39,642 bases of DNA from Klebsiella phage ST437-OXA245phi4.1. Of the stretch, positions 37,399 through 39,642 are shown piece by piece. The notes beneath the pieces were generated by a model. The model did no database searches and was not told where the DNA came from. It saw only the letters and a program-made list of their open reading frames with translations. The translations under genes and the position numbers were made by a program. The stretch lies in the sequence record NC_049448.1. One strand, 5' to 3'. Within the stretch, counting starts at the first letter, position 1. Each line of letters starts with the position of its first letter.

Positions 37399-37511
37399 TG
37401 GCGGCAAAGTGGCGACAGCACATTAAAAATGCATAAAACCGCCAAACACCAAATAACACTAATTAGCTGTATTTAAAGATAAATATCTGTTTTCATTACA
37501 CAACAAATGGT

Positions 37512-37558
37512 ATGTAGGAATTTCGGACGCGGGTTCAACTCCCGCCAGCTCCACCAAA
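37512..37558. repeat. att core, int-proximal copy (displaced original 3' end of ssrA)
   Basis: Exact 47-bp repeat of 946-992. It is followed by a native-looking terminator. Confidence 0.85.
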
Positions 37559-37602
37559 ATTCTCCATCGGTGATTACCAGAGTCATCCGATGAAGTCCTG
37601 AA

Positions 37603-37636
37603 AGCCCGCACGGCGCAAGCCCTGCGGGCTTTTTTG
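37603..37636 (+). terminator. Rho-independent terminator (native ssrA terminator displaced by the prophage)
   Basis: AGCCCGCA ... TGCGGGCT hairpin followed by a T6 run. Confidence 0.5.
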
Positions 37637-37798
37637 TGCCCTCAATTTATCCCGCGCAGTCCAAAGAGAACTCATTAAATCCGAACCTTTTAGGCCTATT
37701 GATTGGCCCAACGAAAAGCTCTGTTGTTTTCGCGCTACCAATTACCCGCCCCCCCTCTCAGGATAAGACAACCCACAACATCTCGCACAACCCTTTCA

Positions 37799-37826
37799 CC
37801 CTCCGGCCGCGTCCGCGGCCGGAGGG
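37799..37826. repeat. Perfect 13-bp-stem palindrome (REP-like, or terminator for the minus-strand gene)
   Basis: CCCTCCGGCCGCG tc CGCGGCCGGAGGG, immediately 3' of the nucleotidyltransferase gene. Confidence 0.3.
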
Positions 37827-37832
37827 ATAGAT

Positions 37833-38633
37833 TTACCCCTTGTGAGAATACGCGTCCAGCATGGCAAGGACCGCCCGACGCGCCGCATCGTCTGCGATAT
37901 TGTCAGGCAGCGCATCAGCCCGCAGGTTGACATAAGCGTCAGCAGCCCTTCGAATGGCAATCCCGACGGAGTGACGATCGTGTGTTGCCAGAGTGGAAGT
38001 CAGCAGGCCATCGGGATCAATGCCGAGGGCTTCTATTCGACGAACGCCGCGTTGCGGTAGATTGGCGCGACGAAACAGCATCGGTCCCAACACTTGTTCC
38101 CGGAAGAAAGACAGCATCCCCAGCGCTTCGAAGAGTTCCCCCCTGCCCAGTTTAACCACGGCATAATGCAGCCAGATCCAGGCCCGGGACTCAAACCACT
38201 CCGGCGTCATGTTCGGCCAGTGCGCGCAAAATTTTGCCAGCTGTCGCTTGAGAGCATCGTTATCACGGGTAAATAGCACGGCAGGCTCCTCAACGCGCTG
38301 AGTGAGCATGTCCAGGGTGATAAATTTCAGATCGACATGCAGAAGTTCCGGGCCAAACAGGCAGATCAGCAGGCGAGGCTCACCGACGTGTTCCCCGGTG
38401 AAAGCATGTAGCAGATGGCCGAGCGTTCCGGCGAACGCCATACGCTGAGCCATGATTTCGTCATAATAGAGAGGGTCGATCACCACCACGAAATCCAGAT
38501 CGGAGTATTGATCAAACCCGCCATGGATAAACGAGCCGCCGGCGAGAAGGGAGTGGATCCGCGAATCAGACTGTAATTTAAGCTTCAGTTGCTCTGCAAA
38601 ACTTCTGTGTAAATCGGGTAGCGTATTAAGCAT
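37833..38633 (-). CDS. Nucleotidyltransferase-domain protein (minimal NTase fold; ANT/Lnu-like class)
   Basis: GGSFIHGGFDQYSDLDFVVVID is a GS-x(n)-DxD NTase motif. Confidence 0.65.
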   Translation of the reverse strand: MLNTLPDLHRSFAEQLKLKLQSDSRIHSLLAGGSFIHGGFDQYSDLDFVVVIDPLYYDEIMAQRMAFAGTLGHLLHAFTGEHVGEPRLLICLFGPELLHVDLKFITLDMLTQRVEEPAVLFTRDNDALKRQLAKFCAHWPNMTPEWFESRAWIWLHYAVVKLGRGELFEALGMLSFFREQVLGPMLFRRANLPQRGVRRIEALGIDPDGLLTSTLATHDRHSVGIAIRRAADAYVNLRADALPDNIADDAARRAVLAMLDAYSHKG

Positions 38634-38757
38634 ACTTTTTCCTGTTCACAAAAAATACAAAGCATTACAGAATATCGAGCGATTCATCAGCAGACCAGAT
38701 ATTTCTGCTGGAACCCTACCCTCCATCGCGAAGCGCTAAATGCAAGCAATACTCCCC

Positions 38758-39642
38758 TCAAACCACCTCGCTCATCCACTCAGCAAACGCCCGCACGGCG
38801 GGAGAGAGAAAGCGCTGGTGCGGATAGAGCAATGTGACGGGTACCGGGGGCGGCTGCCAGTCCGTCAGCACTTCCACCAGTCTCCCCTCCTGCAGGTGGT
38901 CAGCAACGATATTCTCCGCCAGCTGCGCCAGCCCAAATCCTGCCAGGCACATTTTTATATAGAGCCCCGTTTCATTCACCGCGGCGTTGCCGCTGACGGG
39001 TACAGAAAAGGTCTCGCCATGGCGAACGAAGCGGAACTCATCGGCCCGCCTCGCCTGACCGGAGAAATAATGCACAGCCCGGTGCTGAGAGAGCGCCTCC
39101 GGTGACGGCGGCACACCATATTCCCTGAGATAGTCCGGTGACGCGCAGGTGACCCAGCGAAAGCGGCCCAGAGGGCGGGCCACCAGGCTGGAGTTGTTCA
39201 GCTCTCCCGTTCGTATCACGCAGTCGACGCCTTCCTGAATGAGATCGACCTGGCGATCGCTGACGCCGATCATCAGGTAGATATCGGGATAGCGCCGGTA
39301 AAAGTCCGGCAGATGGGGCATGACGATGAAATGCGCGATGCCCGCGGGCATATCAACCCGCAGGCGCCCCTGAGGCCGCGCGACAGACTCGCTCAGGGTG
39401 GATTCACTATGTTCGATGAGGGCGAGAATTTCCCGGCACTGCGCCAGATACTGCATCCCTTCCGGGGTAAGGCTCACCCGCCTTGTGGTCCGGTTCAGCA
39501 GCCGTACCTTCAGGTATTTTTCAAGGTTTTTAATGGTACTGGTGACAGTGGAGGCCGGCAGGGAAAGGGTTTCCGCGGCACGCACGAAGCTTCCTGCCTC
39601 CGCGACGCGCATAAACATCTGCATAGCCTGAATACGATCCAC
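38758..39642 (-). CDS. LysR-family transcriptional regulator (N-terminus at the window edge)
   Basis: N-terminal wHTH AEAGSFVRAAETLSLPASTVTSTIKNLE and a LysR substrate-binding domain. The first codon is a GTG at the last three bases of the window, so the start may lie beyond it. Confidence 0.8.
   Translation of the reverse strand: MDRIQAMQMFMRVAEAGSFVRAAETLSLPASTVTSTIKNLEKYLKVRLLNRTTRRVSLTPEGMQYLAQCREILALIEHSESTLSESVARPQGRLRVDMPAGIAHFIVMPHLPDFYRRYPDIYLMIGVSDRQVDLIQEGVDCVIRTGELNNSSLVARPLGRFRWVTCASPDYLREYGVPPSPEALSQHRAVHYFSGQARRADEFRFVRHGETFSVPVSGNAAVNETGLYIKMCLAGFGLAQLAENIVADHLQEGRLVEVLTDWQPPPVPVTLLYPHQRFLSPAVRAFAEWMSEVV

Noticed and set aside
25500-37511. Whether the int-proximal 12 kb is a second, tandem island rather than part of the same prophage
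   Set aside because: There is only one pair of att repeats. The int/cI/apl/cII/A/Dam/Tum-like genes are exactly the expected early region of a 186-like phage that completes the structural half. I saw no second integrase or extra att copy.
1-39642. CRISPR array or other periodic repeat-spacer structure
   Set aside because: I saw no short direct repeats with regular spacing anywhere. The only repeat pair is the 47-bp att duplication.

Overview
This is an enterobacterial chromosome segment: smpB (1-483) and the tmRNA gene ssrA (628-990), followed by a complete P2/186-family prophage of about 36.5 kb integrated into the 3' end of ssrA. The prophage is bounded by 47-bp direct repeats of the tmRNA 3' end (946-992 and 37512-37558). 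Host DNA resumes after the native ssrA terminator, with a nucleotidyltransferase gene and a LysR-family regulator on the minus strand.

The prophage has the canonical P2 gene order. Reading rightward from the tmRNA-proximal end: ogr, D, U, T, E/E' (with the programmed -1 frameshift), FII, FI, a tail-fibre cluster, I, J, W, V, S, R, lysC/lysB/lysA, a P1-Lyz-like SAR endolysin with a pinholin, X, L, M, N, O on the minus strand, then P and Q on the plus strand, cos, the rolling-circle replication gene A, a Dam methylase, a TraR/DksA-like zinc finger, a 186-type lysis-lysogeny switch (CII, Apl, CI) and the integrase.

At least five visibly AT-rich cargo loci sit at positions where P2-like phages are known to carry morons or defence genes: (1) a lipoprotein between att and ogr; (2) a 288-aa protein with an Rx4H HEPN-like motif between V and S, on the opposite strand; (3) a Cas2-fold-like 94-aa ORF plus a Cys4 zinc-ribbon ORF between Q and cos; (4) a translationally coupled three-gene operon (333, 359 and 227 aa) with no recognisable domains, sitting exactly at the cos-proximal old/tin position; (5) a 516-aa protein with a PD-(D/E)xK-like core, translationally coupled to int and lying between int and the int-side att. 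Locus (4) is the best candidate for an undescribed, or only recently catalogued, anti-phage system. A LexA box precedes a DinI-like gene, as with the Tum SOS antirepressor of 186. The tail-fibre locus is atypical: the P2 H N-terminal anchor domain is on a separate short gene placed last, and no G-like chaperone gene was found.

All calls were made by reading the sequence and recalling protein families; nothing was searched against databases.
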